Source of the DNA: Candidatus Aenigmatarchaeota archaeon
GTDB taxonomy: Archaea > Aenigmatarchaeota > Aenigmatarchaeia > GW2011-AR5
NCBI GenBank assembly: GCA_043803505.1
Contig: JAZDJX010000009.1
Span: 1 to 35,976 of the forward strand
DNA: 35,976 nucleotides
Direction: 5' to 3'
Part shown: piece by piece, positions 8,832 through 17,255 of the stretch
Layout: the number at the start of each line of letters is the position of its first letter
How positions within the stretch are numbered: the first letter of the stretch is position 1
Position numbers and translations under genes: made by a program
Notes under the pieces: generated by a model
What the model was told of the DNA's origin: nothing
Seen by the model: the letters and a program-made list of their open reading frames with translations, nothing else
Databases searched by the model: none

Positions 8832-9544
8832 CTTTCAACCCTCGCTACCGGAGGAAGCTCTCTTTTATGTTGTGAACGTTCGAACAAGTTTCTAACCTTT
8901 TTGATTATAGCTGGATCAGCACTTTCAGTTTGTCCTCTTAATATTTTATCCAGTGTGTAGTAACCCATTCCAAGATCAGCCTCATCTGTTTGCCCTGGAG
9001 ATAAATCAGCACTTGGTTCTTTACCAATTATTTTTTTAGAAACGCCCAAGAATCTTGCAAGTTCCCATACTTCAGTTTTGTACAAATCGCCTATTGGCTC
9101 GATATCAACTCCACCATCACCATATTTTGTAAAATATCCTGTTTCCAATTCAGATTTGTTGCTTGTCCCTAGGACCAACATGCCTTTTTCATTTGAAACA
9201 CCATACAATAAACACATTCTGGTACGTGCCATCAGATTTTCCTTTGGTATTTTTTTACTAAAGTGACCTGTATGTTCAAAACTTTCTACAATTGGTTTAA
9301 TATCGATTATTTCATATCCTATTTTCAGTATATTTGCTATTTCGATTGCATCATCTGTATTAGAATTTTTAAAATATGGCATAAGTAAGCCATATACCCT
9401 GTCATTACCAATTGCATTTACACTCAAGTAAGCAACGACAGTGGAATCTAATCCTCCACTTAATCCGATAACTCCTCCATTAAACCCTTCTGTTTTTTCT
9501 CTGATAAAAGATTCTATTGTTTCCGCAACTTTTCTGTAGTCCAT
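8828..9544 (-). CDS. nadE: NH3-dependent NAD+ synthetase
   Basis: PP-loop GLSGGLDSTVVA. Length 238 aa. Strong RBS GAGGAG before the ATG. Confidence 0.88.
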   Translation of the reverse strand: MDYRKVAETIESFIREKTEGFNGGVIGLSGGLDSTVVAYLSVNAIGNDRVYGLLMPYFKNSNTDDAIEIANILKIGYEIIDIKPIVESFEHTGHFSKKIPKENLMARTRMCLLYGVSNEKGMLVLGTSNKSELETGYFTKYGDGGVDIEPIGDLYKTEVWELARFLGVSKKIIGKEPSADLSPGQTDEADLGMGYYTLDKILRGQTESADPAIIKKVRNLFERSQHKRELPPVARVER

Positions 9545-9614
9545 ATTATCTCCTCACTATTTCGCTAATATTTTTTCATATTCGGTATTGACATTAACTG
9601 GGTCATTACAATTT

Positions 9615-10475
9615 TCATTTTTCATATCTTCCTAAATATTCGTGACTTCTGATGTAGTTAACTCCAATCTGTTGACACATACTTCTTATGACATCATCCG
9701 CATTTTTCTCATCACAAAAACCTAATGTTGGAATAAGAAGATGCGTTGCACCATCAGCAATTATGTTTACCTCTGCTTTCGGGAACATCTGCTTTACGCC
9801 ACTGGCAGATTGATAAATACATATACCCATCACAACGCCTGTGTGATTTATTGCAAGATTTTTTCCTAGACCATATTTTTGTTGCAGCAGCGTGAATACA
9901 TTTTCATCGCCAGATGGTATATAATCGAAATTTCTCATCCATTTTGTTGACTTTACAGCTGCCCCATTGAACATGTGCTTGGCATTTATGACATATGGTA
10001 CTGCTCCATCAAGAAATTCTTGCTGATTAAGTTTCAAAGCACCAAACGTCTCTTCAACATCCTTATAACTGAAGCATGGCCGGATATTATGTCTCGATTG
10101 ACTTTCAGTATCATAATCCTGAAAGAAAACATGTCTTGAAACAGACAAACCTACTCGTTTGTCTTTTACAACCTCCTGCAGTTTTAAAGTCAGTTCTGGC
10201 GAGACTGTTTTTTCTTCTGCCACACCCAGTTCATCCAGATTATACCAGTCTTTTCGTACAAGATTATGCACAGGGTACATCCCGCCATTTACAGAGAATT
10301 CAGAACTCGTGCGTGAATGCACATCAGATGAAAATATCCACATATTCCCATACCTTATTACATCTGCTGCCGTATTTTTCTGTTTTTCAGTCGTTCCTGA
10401 ATAAAAGTTTCCATCAAGATCTACAAAGGACTTTCCCCAATCAACCAGATGTTCAACAATAATTTTTCTTGTCAT
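9615..10475 (-). CDS. pncA: nicotinamidase / isochorismatase-family hydrolase (Pnc1-like) with internal insertion
   Basis: VDLDGNF (compare VDMQNDF). SSDVHSRTSSEF...YPVHNLVRKDW resembles yeast Pnc1 RDWHPSRHISF...WPVHCVKNTW. A candidate catalytic Cys lies in GVVMGICIYQ. Confidence 0.6.
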   Translation of the reverse strand: MTRKIIVEHLVDWGKSFVDLDGNFYSGTTEKQKNTAADVIRYGNMWIFSSDVHSRTSSEFSVNGGMYPVHNLVRKDWYNLDELGVAEEKTVSPELTLKLQEVVKDKRVGLSVSRHVFFQDYDTESQSRHNIRPCFSYKDVEETFGALKLNQQEFLDGAVPYVINAKHMFNGAAVKSTKWMRNFDYIPSGDENVFTLLQQKYGLGKNLAINHTGVVMGICIYQSASGVKQMFPKAEVNIIADGATHLLIPTLGFCDEKNADDVIRSMCQQIGVNYIRSHEYLGRYEK

Positions 10476-10486
10476 ATATTCCGCCT

Positions 10487-11533
10487 CTAAATATCATTTT
10501 TTTCGCATTTCTGCTCTTTTTCCTCGTAATAAGGTGTCAAACAAAATCTGTAATTGCGCCCCCTTTTGAATGGTTTTATCAAATCAAGCTGGGATGTATC
10601 AAGCCTTTCAGCGTCTTCTTCTGTCAAATGACCCAAAAGAAACGAATCGCTGACCATCATTCCTAAACCAAATTCATCATTTATTTCTGTTACAATTTCT
10701 TCTTGAACAGGCCTATATTTACTATAAAGTTTACTAGGGCCTATGGTTTCAGAAATTTTTAAAGCCTGACAGAGAGATTCAGTATCTTTAAACCATTTGT
10801 TTCCGTAAAGAGAATGTATTGGTTCTCTGCTGAAAGCAAAACCACCAATTCTGAATCTGAAAACACCATACGATTTGCTGAAGGACATGACGACTGCAGG
10901 AATATTTTCATGACTTATATCGAATTTATGTTGCCTGGTTGCACCCACATATGCCAAATCCAAGATAACCTTGTTTCCAGCGTCACAAAGATCTGTTATG
11001 AATTCATTTGGTATGATATTTCCATCACATGAAGAAGGATTTGATATGAACCATACACCAGGCTCACATTTTTTTGAATTTGTTTTTCTAAAATCAAATT
11101 TTCTTACTCGTATTTTGAGGTCATCATGACCTGCATATTCTTCGTAACCCTCATATTCTCCATCAAAAACATTTATGGACTCAATATCTTCAATCTTAAG
11201 CTTTGTCAGAAGTTTAAAGATACCTTCGCTGGATCCTGATGTTGGATAACTGAACTTGAAATCTGAAAGGGCAGGAACAATAGATGAATATGCCTTGACT
11301 ATTCTCTTGATTATAGGGCCATGAATTTCATCGAGATCAACATATCCTTCTGGAGTGGCTGGAATATCCAGCGGTGGAGTAAAAAGTGGTTCTAATCTTT
11401 TGTAGATTTCTTCAGCAGGCGTTGTAACCAAATACATGCTATCGGGCAATGCATTTGAAACTTCTCGAAGCAAAGATCTTGTTTCAGGAAAAAAATAGCA
11501 ATAAACGGATTTCATGGCTTTCAATTTGCTCAT
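10487..11533 (-). CDS. PLP-dependent aminotransferase-fold protein (class I/II-like)
   Basis: SFSKSYGVFRFRIGG (SxSK Lys motif), ISNPSSCDGNIIP (compare NPxNPTG), VILDLAYVG. Start at ATG 11533, in ATGA overlap with the upstream radical SAM stop. Confidence 0.6.
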   Translation of the reverse strand: MSKLKAMKSVYCYFFPETRSLLREVSNALPDSMYLVTTPAEEIYKRLEPLFTPPLDIPATPEGYVDLDEIHGPIIKRIVKAYSSIVPALSDFKFSYPTSGSSEGIFKLLTKLKIEDIESINVFDGEYEGYEEYAGHDDLKIRVRKFDFRKTNSKKCEPGVWFISNPSSCDGNIIPNEFITDLCDAGNKVILDLAYVGATRQHKFDISHENIPAVVMSFSKSYGVFRFRIGGFAFSREPIHSLYGNKWFKDTESLCQALKISETIGPSKLYSKYRPVQEEIVTEINDEFGLGMMVSDSFLLGHLTEEDAERLDTSQLDLIKPFKRGRNYRFCLTPYYEEKEQKCEKNDI

Positions 11534-12408
11534 AATATCCGACCCCCATAAACATTTTCCCAGCTTGTTGTCAACCAACCTTGTGGAAAGAATACTAATT
11601 GTCTTATTTCTTCTTGACCTGGATCAAACGTCAATCCTGTGGTAAGGCAAACATTCTGTTCATTAATTTCGTAAACAATGGCACCATGAGGCAATACATC
11701 ACACTTTGCCCCGTCTTTCTTCAAAAAATCCGTGATGGTTTTTATTTTTTTATCATTCAGTTTGTGTTCATTTACAAATTTTGTGGTTTCCGAGCTTAAT
11801 GAATCTCTAGGGCAATCAACACTCCTCAATGTTAATTGAAAAACTTCATGGTCCTTGGCATATTTAATTAGTTTTTTTACTTCTTCAATATTATCTATAC
11901 ATCCATCAAGCATAACACATGAAAGTCTTGTATTCAAATCTTTTGAATGAATTTTTTTAATAAGCTTCGGTAAATCAAAATAGTTTCCGTTTTTTGGCTT
12001 GAACATTTCTTTGTTTTTTTGCGAGTCATAATGATAAATAGAAACAGCTACTGTATCCAGACCCAAATCTTTCCATGACTCAAGAAAGGCATCATAAAGA
12101 CCTCCATTGGCTATCATTGAACCATTTGTCTGGAGTTCTATTGTATCAAATGATTTTCCGTACAATCTGGTCAAATATCGTGTAATCTGACCGGGATACA
12201 AAGTTGGTTCTCCTTTTCCTGTGATTAACACGTTTTTTGCACCATGATTCATGGCGATTCTGGTTGCCTTTTCAAATTTGGCCCAGTCAACTTTTGGCTC
12301 TTTATTATCAATGCCATAGCTAGGAGTCATTTTAGAAATGCAAATACCACAGTCATTCGTGCAGGTTTTGCTTCCTGCAATGATTGTATAAGTTAGTGCC
12401 TTTTTCAT
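11530..12408 (-). CDS. radical SAM protein, function unknown
   Basis: CTNDCGIC (CX3CX2C), ITGKGEPTLYP, ELQTNGS. Length 292 aa. Confidence 0.8.
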   Translation of the reverse strand: MKKALTYTIIAGSKTCTNDCGICISKMTPSYGIDNKEPKVDWAKFEKATRIAMNHGAKNVLITGKGEPTLYPGQITRYLTRLYGKSFDTIELQTNGSMIANGGLYDAFLESWKDLGLDTVAVSIYHYDSQKNKEMFKPKNGNYFDLPKLIKKIHSKDLNTRLSCVMLDGCIDNIEEVKKLIKYAKDHEVFQLTLRSVDCPRDSLSSETTKFVNEHKLNDKKIKTITDFLKKDGAKCDVLPHGAIVYEINEQNVCLTTGLTFDPGQEEIRQLVFFPQGWLTTSWENVYGGRIL

Positions 12409-12540
12409 TTCTCAATACACCTGAATATTCTAACATCGTTAACTTTATAAATCTTTCATTATTTGACTACCTGCAAATAATTACATGCATAAATCTATGA
12501 TAATTTTCACACATAAATATTTTCATGTTCTATTGGTTTT

Positions 12541-13659
12541 ATGTTACTCGAAAAATACGAGCCGAAATCGCTGAAGGATTTTATCGGCAATCAAAAGCAG
12601 GTTACAGAAATAATTCATTGGCTAAAGAGCTCCAAAGGCACGCTTATGCTTCATGGACCTACTGGCACCGGTAAGTCTTTATGTGTGCGGCTTGCTGCAA
12701 AAGAACTTGGTTACCATATATCAGAGCTTGATGCAAATGAATACCGCAATTATGAATCAATAAAAAAATTTGCTGACAATTCAATGCAAAAGAGCCTTCT
12801 TGGAAAAAGGCTGCTGCTTATAGACGAATGTGAATTCCTTGACACAACACGCGGCATTGAAGAGCTTGTGAAGACTTCGCGCCATCCGCTTGTGTTCATA
12901 ACATCAAATCCTTATGAAAAAAAGCTTTATTCACTCAGGCGGCTGTGCAGGCTCATAAAATTCGAGAAACCTGATGTCCGAAGCATCGCGACTTTTCTCA
13001 GGGCTGTATGTGCCAAGGAGAAAATTTTATGCGAGACAACAGCGCTAATGGATTTTTCAAGGAACTGCAATGGCGACATAAGGGCTGCATTGATGGATTT
13101 GGAAGCAATGGATAAGCTAACTCTGGAGTCGATAAAAAACATTAGTTCCAGGGAACATGAAAATGACATATTTAATACAATGAGAGCGATTTTCAAATCA
13201 CCACACATTAAAGATGCTCTTGAAGCAATGGCAAAAAGCGAAAAACCCATAGAAGAAATTTTCATGTGGCTGGCTGAAAATATACCAAATGAATACAGCA
13301 GCAGTGAAGAGATAAGTTTTGCATATGACAGCCTTGCAAAGGCTGACATGTACATGTCAAGAATTATTAAGCGCCAGTCGTGGAGCCTTTACAAATATTT
13401 CTCAGAGATTTCTGTGTGTGGCACAGCGGCAGCAAAAAACAGGCAGCATATGGGGTTCACGCGCTACACAATGCCAAGATATCTGCAGAAACCCGATTTG
13501 CCACTCCAGAAAATAGCTATAGGTCTTAGAATCTCAGAAAAAAGAGCAAAGGAATATCTTATTCTCATGAAATTTCTGATGAAAGGAAGGAACAAAGAAG
13601 ATATCAAAAAGCTGTTTGCTTTTGACAGTGATGATGTTGAAGCGATTGAAAGTGTGTAA
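12541..13659 (+). CDS. rfcL: replication factor C large subunit-like AAA+ protein
   Basis: LEKYEPKSLKDFIGNQ, Walker A GPTGTGKS, Walker B LLLIDECE. At 372 aa it is short for RFC-L. Confidence 0.7.
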   Translation: MLLEKYEPKSLKDFIGNQKQVTEIIHWLKSSKGTLMLHGPTGTGKSLCVRLAAKELGYHISELDANEYRNYESIKKFADNSMQKSLLGKRLLLIDECEFLDTTRGIEELVKTSRHPLVFITSNPYEKKLYSLRRLCRLIKFEKPDVRSIATFLRAVCAKEKILCETTALMDFSRNCNGDIRAALMDLEAMDKLTLESIKNISSREHENDIFNTMRAIFKSPHIKDALEAMAKSEKPIEEIFMWLAENIPNEYSSSEEISFAYDSLAKADMYMSRIIKRQSWSLYKYFSEISVCGTAAAKNRQHMGFTRYTMPRYLQKPDLPLQKIAIGLRISEKRAKEYLILMKFLMKGRNKEDIKKLFAFDSDDVEAIESV

Positions 13660-13716
13660 ATGGCTCACCGAAAAATTGGAATTGGTTATTTTTTCTTCAT
13701 CTGTGATTTGGTTCTG

Positions 13717-13905
13717 TTATTTTTTTTCTGCCATTTCACGGTTTACCTCAAGAACAAACCTTAGAGCATCAAGCAAGTTTTCTTTTGTTTCTTTTAAGTC
13801 GGAGCCCTGCGTATTAACACCAGGTATTTCCTCCACATAAGCTACATAACCTTCTTTTACCTTTCTGTAAATAGCTGTCAGCCCGCTTATCTTTTCTTTT
13901 TTCAT
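13717..13905 (-). CDS. HicB-like (UPF0150) antitoxin-family protein
   Basis: YVAYVEEIPGVNTQGSDLKETKENLLDALRFVLE. GGTG lies 5 nt before ATG 13905. Confidence 0.6.
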   Translation of the reverse strand: MKKEKISGLTAIYRKVKEGYVAYVEEIPGVNTQGSDLKETKENLLDALRFVLEVNREMAEKK

Positions 13906-13921
13906 GCATGCACCTTTCAAC

Positions 13922-14248
13922 CTACTTTATAACATCATCTGGATTAACATTCTCATAAAGCCTGTATTTTTCTGATGCGATTAGTATTCCAAATGTGGGG
14001 TTGCAGCCAGAGCTGTAATTGGCATAAAAGAAATAACCCATTGATGTCATTTTTTGCTTTGTGAAATATATGAATTCATCAAGATTGTTTGCGAGTGTGC
14101 TGCAATCCGACAAGCTGACAACCTTATTCATCTGCTCCTTTATTTCATAAAAATAGAAATCCTCCCTGTACTTTTCTGTTGTGCCTGAAACTGAATGATA
14201 GCCACGAAACATAACAGAAATTGCGAGAAACGCTGTTGTAGCAACCAC
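13922..14248 (-). CDS. hypothetical protein with N-terminal hydrophobic anchor
   Basis: 108-aa ORF whose stop abuts the HicB-like gene. No known motif. Confidence 0.45.
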   Translation of the reverse strand: MVATTAFLAISVMFRGYHSVSGTTEKYREDFYFYEIKEQMNKVVSLSDCSTLANNLDEFIYFTKQKMTSMGYFFYANYSSGCNPTFGILIASEKYRLYENVNPDDVIK

Positions 14249-14293
14249 AGCAGAAATAAAAAAACCACTGACCTTTCATGTTTACCATTCTCG

Positions 14294-14593
14294 CTATTTA
14301 ATAACCACGACCTGCGCATGCGGGATGCCGCAGACTTCAAGCACATTGCCTGAAGGAATCATGCACTCCTTTATCATCAGCGAAACAATATCTTTTCCGC
14401 ATGCATTGATAATTGTTGACGACTTCATGAGTTTCAGTGCCTGCTCTTTGCTGCATTTTTCACTGCCGTAAAAATCGGTTGATATATCAAACGTCATGTC
14501 TTTATCCTCGAATTTTTTTCCGGTTATAGATGCATCGGATATAGCAAGCAGCGTATCCACTGACTGCCTGAAAATCTTGTAGGTGAATATCAT
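14294..14593 (-). CDS. DUF424-like protein
   Basis: LLAISDASITGKKFED...FYGSEK...GIPHAQVVVI recalls the archaeal DUF424 pattern. ATG 14593 forms an ATGA overlap with the aIF2-beta stop. Confidence 0.55.
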   Translation of the reverse strand: MIFTYKIFRQSVDTLLAISDASITGKKFEDKDMTFDISTDFYGSEKCSKEQALKLMKSSTIINACGKDIVSLMIKECMIPSGNVLEVCGIPHAQVVVIK

Positions 14594-14994
14594 ATTTTTC
14601 TCAGTGTCCTTTTTGCTCCGCATGCCTCGCACCTCAGTATGCTTGCATCCTTGCCTTTCTCTATTACTGTATCAGGTTTCCTGCATTCGTTGCAGAACAC
14701 AAATTCCTTTGCATAGTCGCTTATGCGCCTGTCTATAATATCGCTGTTCACCTTTCCCTGAAGAACAAGCTCGCCTTCTTTTATTGTTCCCGGAACTGCG
14801 AGTTCCTTGAACATAAATTTTGATAGTTCCTTTGGCTCTCTTCTCAGCGATTTGACAATAACAGAAAAGTTTCTTATTGCAGTCTGTTTGCCAATGTGCT
14901 GAATGGTTGCTTTCGGTATCTCAAATCTCTCGGTGCCCTGCTTTATTTCAGGCAAAGATTTTCTTGCTTTTTCCAAAAGTTCATCATATTTCAT
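14590..14994 (-). CDS. eif2b: translation initiation factor aIF2 beta subunit
   Basis: 134 aa with C-terminal zinc ribbon CNECRKPDT...CEACGAKR. Confidence 0.88.
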   Translation of the reverse strand: MKYDELLEKARKSLPEIKQGTERFEIPKATIQHIGKQTAIRNFSVIVKSLRREPKELSKFMFKELAVPGTIKEGELVLQGKVNSDIIDRRISDYAKEFVFCNECRKPDTVIEKGKDASILRCEACGAKRTLRKI

Positions 14995-15023
14995 GTGTTA
15001 CACCTTGATATAATTCTGACATT

Positions 15024-15419
15024 TTATGCCCTATAATTTCTCAAGTCCTTTATGCCAAGATATTTGGTTTTTGCACTTTTTATTGTTCCTGTGACACCTA
15101 GTATTTTTATAATTGCCCTTGATTCAGCAATTGTCTGGAGCATCGAAAGCACTACCCTAACCTCTTCAACACTATCATGATTGCATACTATGATTCCTAT
15201 GCCATTTGTTTCATCATAAAGGTTTTCTATAAGACGAAAATTTGCTTCAGCGGAATTCATCTCGCCAAGAAAACCAAGCGAACAATTCCACACTGCAGAT
15301 GAAAGTTCTCCGTAAGGCACTTTGCTGTCTGATATTACGCTGAAGGCTATATATCTTTTTTTTGGCCGCAAAAATGGTGGCAACATTTTCGGCTTTTCCA
15401 TATTCATATAATTATTCAT
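15024..15419 (-). CDS. rnp2: RNase P protein component 2 (Pop5)
   Basis: LRPKKRYIAF N-terminus, about 125 aa. It overlaps the Rpp30 stop by 8 nt. Confidence 0.75.
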   Translation of the reverse strand: MNNYMNMEKPKMLPPFLRPKKRYIAFSVISDSKVPYGELSSAVWNCSLGFLGEMNSAEANFRLIENLYDETNGIGIIVCNHDSVEEVRVVLSMLQTIAESRAIIKILGVTGTIKSAKTKYLGIKDLRNYRA

Positions 15420-16110
15420 CTATTTTTGCACCTTCCCATCTTTTTCCGGCAAGTCTTTCCCTGTTCTTATTGGTCATCTGCTCGGGTATTGCGCTTATAG
15501 TATCTATGGCTTCTGTCAGCTCCATACCAAGAATATGTGTGATTGCAGCAAGTTCCCTGCCGGCTCTTAAACCCCATTTTGAAACTGCGCCGCTTGTTGT
15601 GAGAACCATTGTATCATATTTCTGGCAGACTTTTATGTTTGTGCGCATGAACGCAAGCACACTGACCCTGTGCCTTCTATATGATTCAAGAATTTCGCGG
15701 AAGTTTATTTCTATTGCCACCTCATTTTCTTCAGCAGCCCTTATGCATATATGGTCAAGGCCCGAATCCTTTCTTCCAAGTTCGGGGTGGCATAAAATAT
15801 CTATCATCGGGTTCTCGCATGCAACGCGGTTTATTCCATAATCACCGCCATGTACCATTAGTATCTCAGCAGAAACCCTCGCTTTTTTTGCGAGCTCGTC
15901 CAGTTCTTCTGCGCTTGTCGGCTTCAACATGACAGCATTGACTATATCTATGCCGTCAACAACTGGCAATTCAGACATCTTTGTACCATTGAAATATCTC
16001 ACAATACCGATGCCACCTATACCCAGATTTTTTGCCATTTGTGCTGCTTCTTCTACTGTGTTCTCTCCTATTGACAGGTTTGTATGTACATGCAAATCGT
16101 AGAATGACAT
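15412..16110 (-). CDS. rnp3: RNase P protein component 3 (Rpp30, PHP-like fold)
   Basis: FYDLHVHT N-terminus, 232 aa, followed by Pop5. Confidence 0.8.
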   Translation of the reverse strand: MSFYDLHVHTNLSIGENTVEEAAQMAKNLGIGGIGIVRYFNGTKMSELPVVDGIDIVNAVMLKPTSAEELDELAKKARVSAEILMVHGGDYGINRVACENPMIDILCHPELGRKDSGLDHICIRAAEENEVAIEINFREILESYRRHRVSVLAFMRTNIKVCQKYDTMVLTTSGAVSKWGLRAGRELAAITHILGMELTEAIDTISAIPEQMTNKNRERLAGKRWEGAKIDE

Positions 16111-16179
16111 ATTACCAGAATAAATATTTTTAGGAAAGTTTTTAAGATGAGATTCTTTGTATGACCAATAGGCTATTTG

Positions 16180-16198
16180 CAGAGAACAAAGCTTTCTG
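16180..16198. promoter_or_regulatory. 19-nt palindromic element CAGAGAACAAAGCTTTCTG, 70 nt upstream of the Rpp30 start
   Basis: 17/19 identical to 17256-17274, which lies at an equivalent distance upstream of L15e. Confidence 0.3.
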
Positions 16199-16460
16199 AA
16201 AGTTGCATCTCAAGTGAAAAGTACGGTTGCAAATCGTAGTATAATTCTATCATTTATTCATACTTTTCACAATGCCCAAAAGAGAGAAAAAATCCTTCAT
16301 CCTATAGCATCTGACATGAATAATTAGACATATTATAAATGTCAGTGCTATATATGGAAAACATTTTTTATATAAAAATTAATGTCTTCCATTATATTCG
16401 TCAGGAAAACTTTTTGCAGACATCATCTTATTTTGAAATTTCTATCAAGAAACTTCAAAA

Positions 16461-16480
16461 GACATTCAGTTGTGAATGTC
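16461..16480. repeat. perfect hairpin GACATTCA-GTTG-TGAATGTC
   Basis: 8-bp inverted repeat inside a cluster of GACAT/ATGTC motifs. Confidence 0.8.
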
Positions 16481-16681
16481 ATCTGCTTTCACCTATGTTG
16501 TTATTACACTATTTCTTTTTTTTCTTTTTCTTTGCCATTTTTTTATTCACCATTTGATAGGTCAATACGTTTAGCATCAACCTATCAATAGAATCAATTA
16601 TACATGTAATATTTATTTAAACATATCGTTTTTTGTGGTTTTTGCTTGTCATATTGAATGATAATTTGAAACAACTAATCC

Positions 16682-16687
16682 AAAAAA
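16682..16687 (-). terminator. oligo-T tract (T6 on minus strand) 8 nt after the L15e stop
   Basis: The minus strand reads TGAATTAATATTTTTTGG. Archaeal terminators are oligo-T tracts. Confidence 0.35.
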
Positions 16688-16694
16688 TATTAAT

Positions 16695-17183
16695 TCAAAT
16701 CCCTCTGGATTTCTTCCCGGAACTTGTCAGCCCGCGAAATGCGCGGCTGCGCTGACTGCATATCCAGTTTATTTTTTTGTCGGATTTTATTACCGGATGA
16801 TCAGGGTCAACCAATATGACTTCGTAAAACTTTTGCTTGCCATCATCGCCGACAAAATAAGAATTAAGAACTTCAAGATTCGGAAATTTCCTTGCAACAC
16901 GCTTCTCGGCTATTGCCTGATGGCTCTGTGATGTTGTATACTTTACAAGCCCGACATTTCCTGGCTTTCTGCCTTTTCTTATTGTCTGCCTTCGCCTGCC
17001 ACCTTTCTTTATCCTTGTTCGCACGACTACAAACCCCTGCTTTGCTGAATAGCCGAGCTGTTTTGCCTTATCGAGCCGTGTTGGTTTTTCAATGCGTAAT
17101 GAAACAGGTTCGCTTCTCCATTTCAGCATCTGCTCGCTGCTTCCGTCATTCCATGCCATTTTAAGATATTTATGATATCCCAT
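16695..17183 (-). CDS. rpl15e: 50S ribosomal protein L15e
   Basis: MGYHKYLKMAW..., KQGFVVVRTRIKKGGRRR, RKGRKPGN. The ORF also opens at TTG 17201. Confidence 0.88.
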   Translation of the reverse strand: MGYHKYLKMAWNDGSSEQMLKWRSEPVSLRIEKPTRLDKAKQLGYSAKQGFVVVRTRIKKGGRRRQTIRKGRKPGNVGLVKYTTSQSHQAIAEKRVARKFPNLEVLNSYFVGDDGKQKFYEVILVDPDHPVIKSDKKINWICSQRSRAFRGLTSSGKKSRGI

Positions 17184-17255
17184 TCCACCATCTCTTGTCA
17201 AGATATTTTGTGAAGCAGGTTATGATATCCTGTTTATTTACTTGTTTCACACCAA

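Noticed and set aside
16339-16591. Two overlapping plus-strand ORFs (72 and 69 aa)
   Set aside because: Their low-complexity Phe/Ile-rich translations come from an AT-rich spacer and a poly-T tract. They have no RBS. The region is better explained as non-coding.
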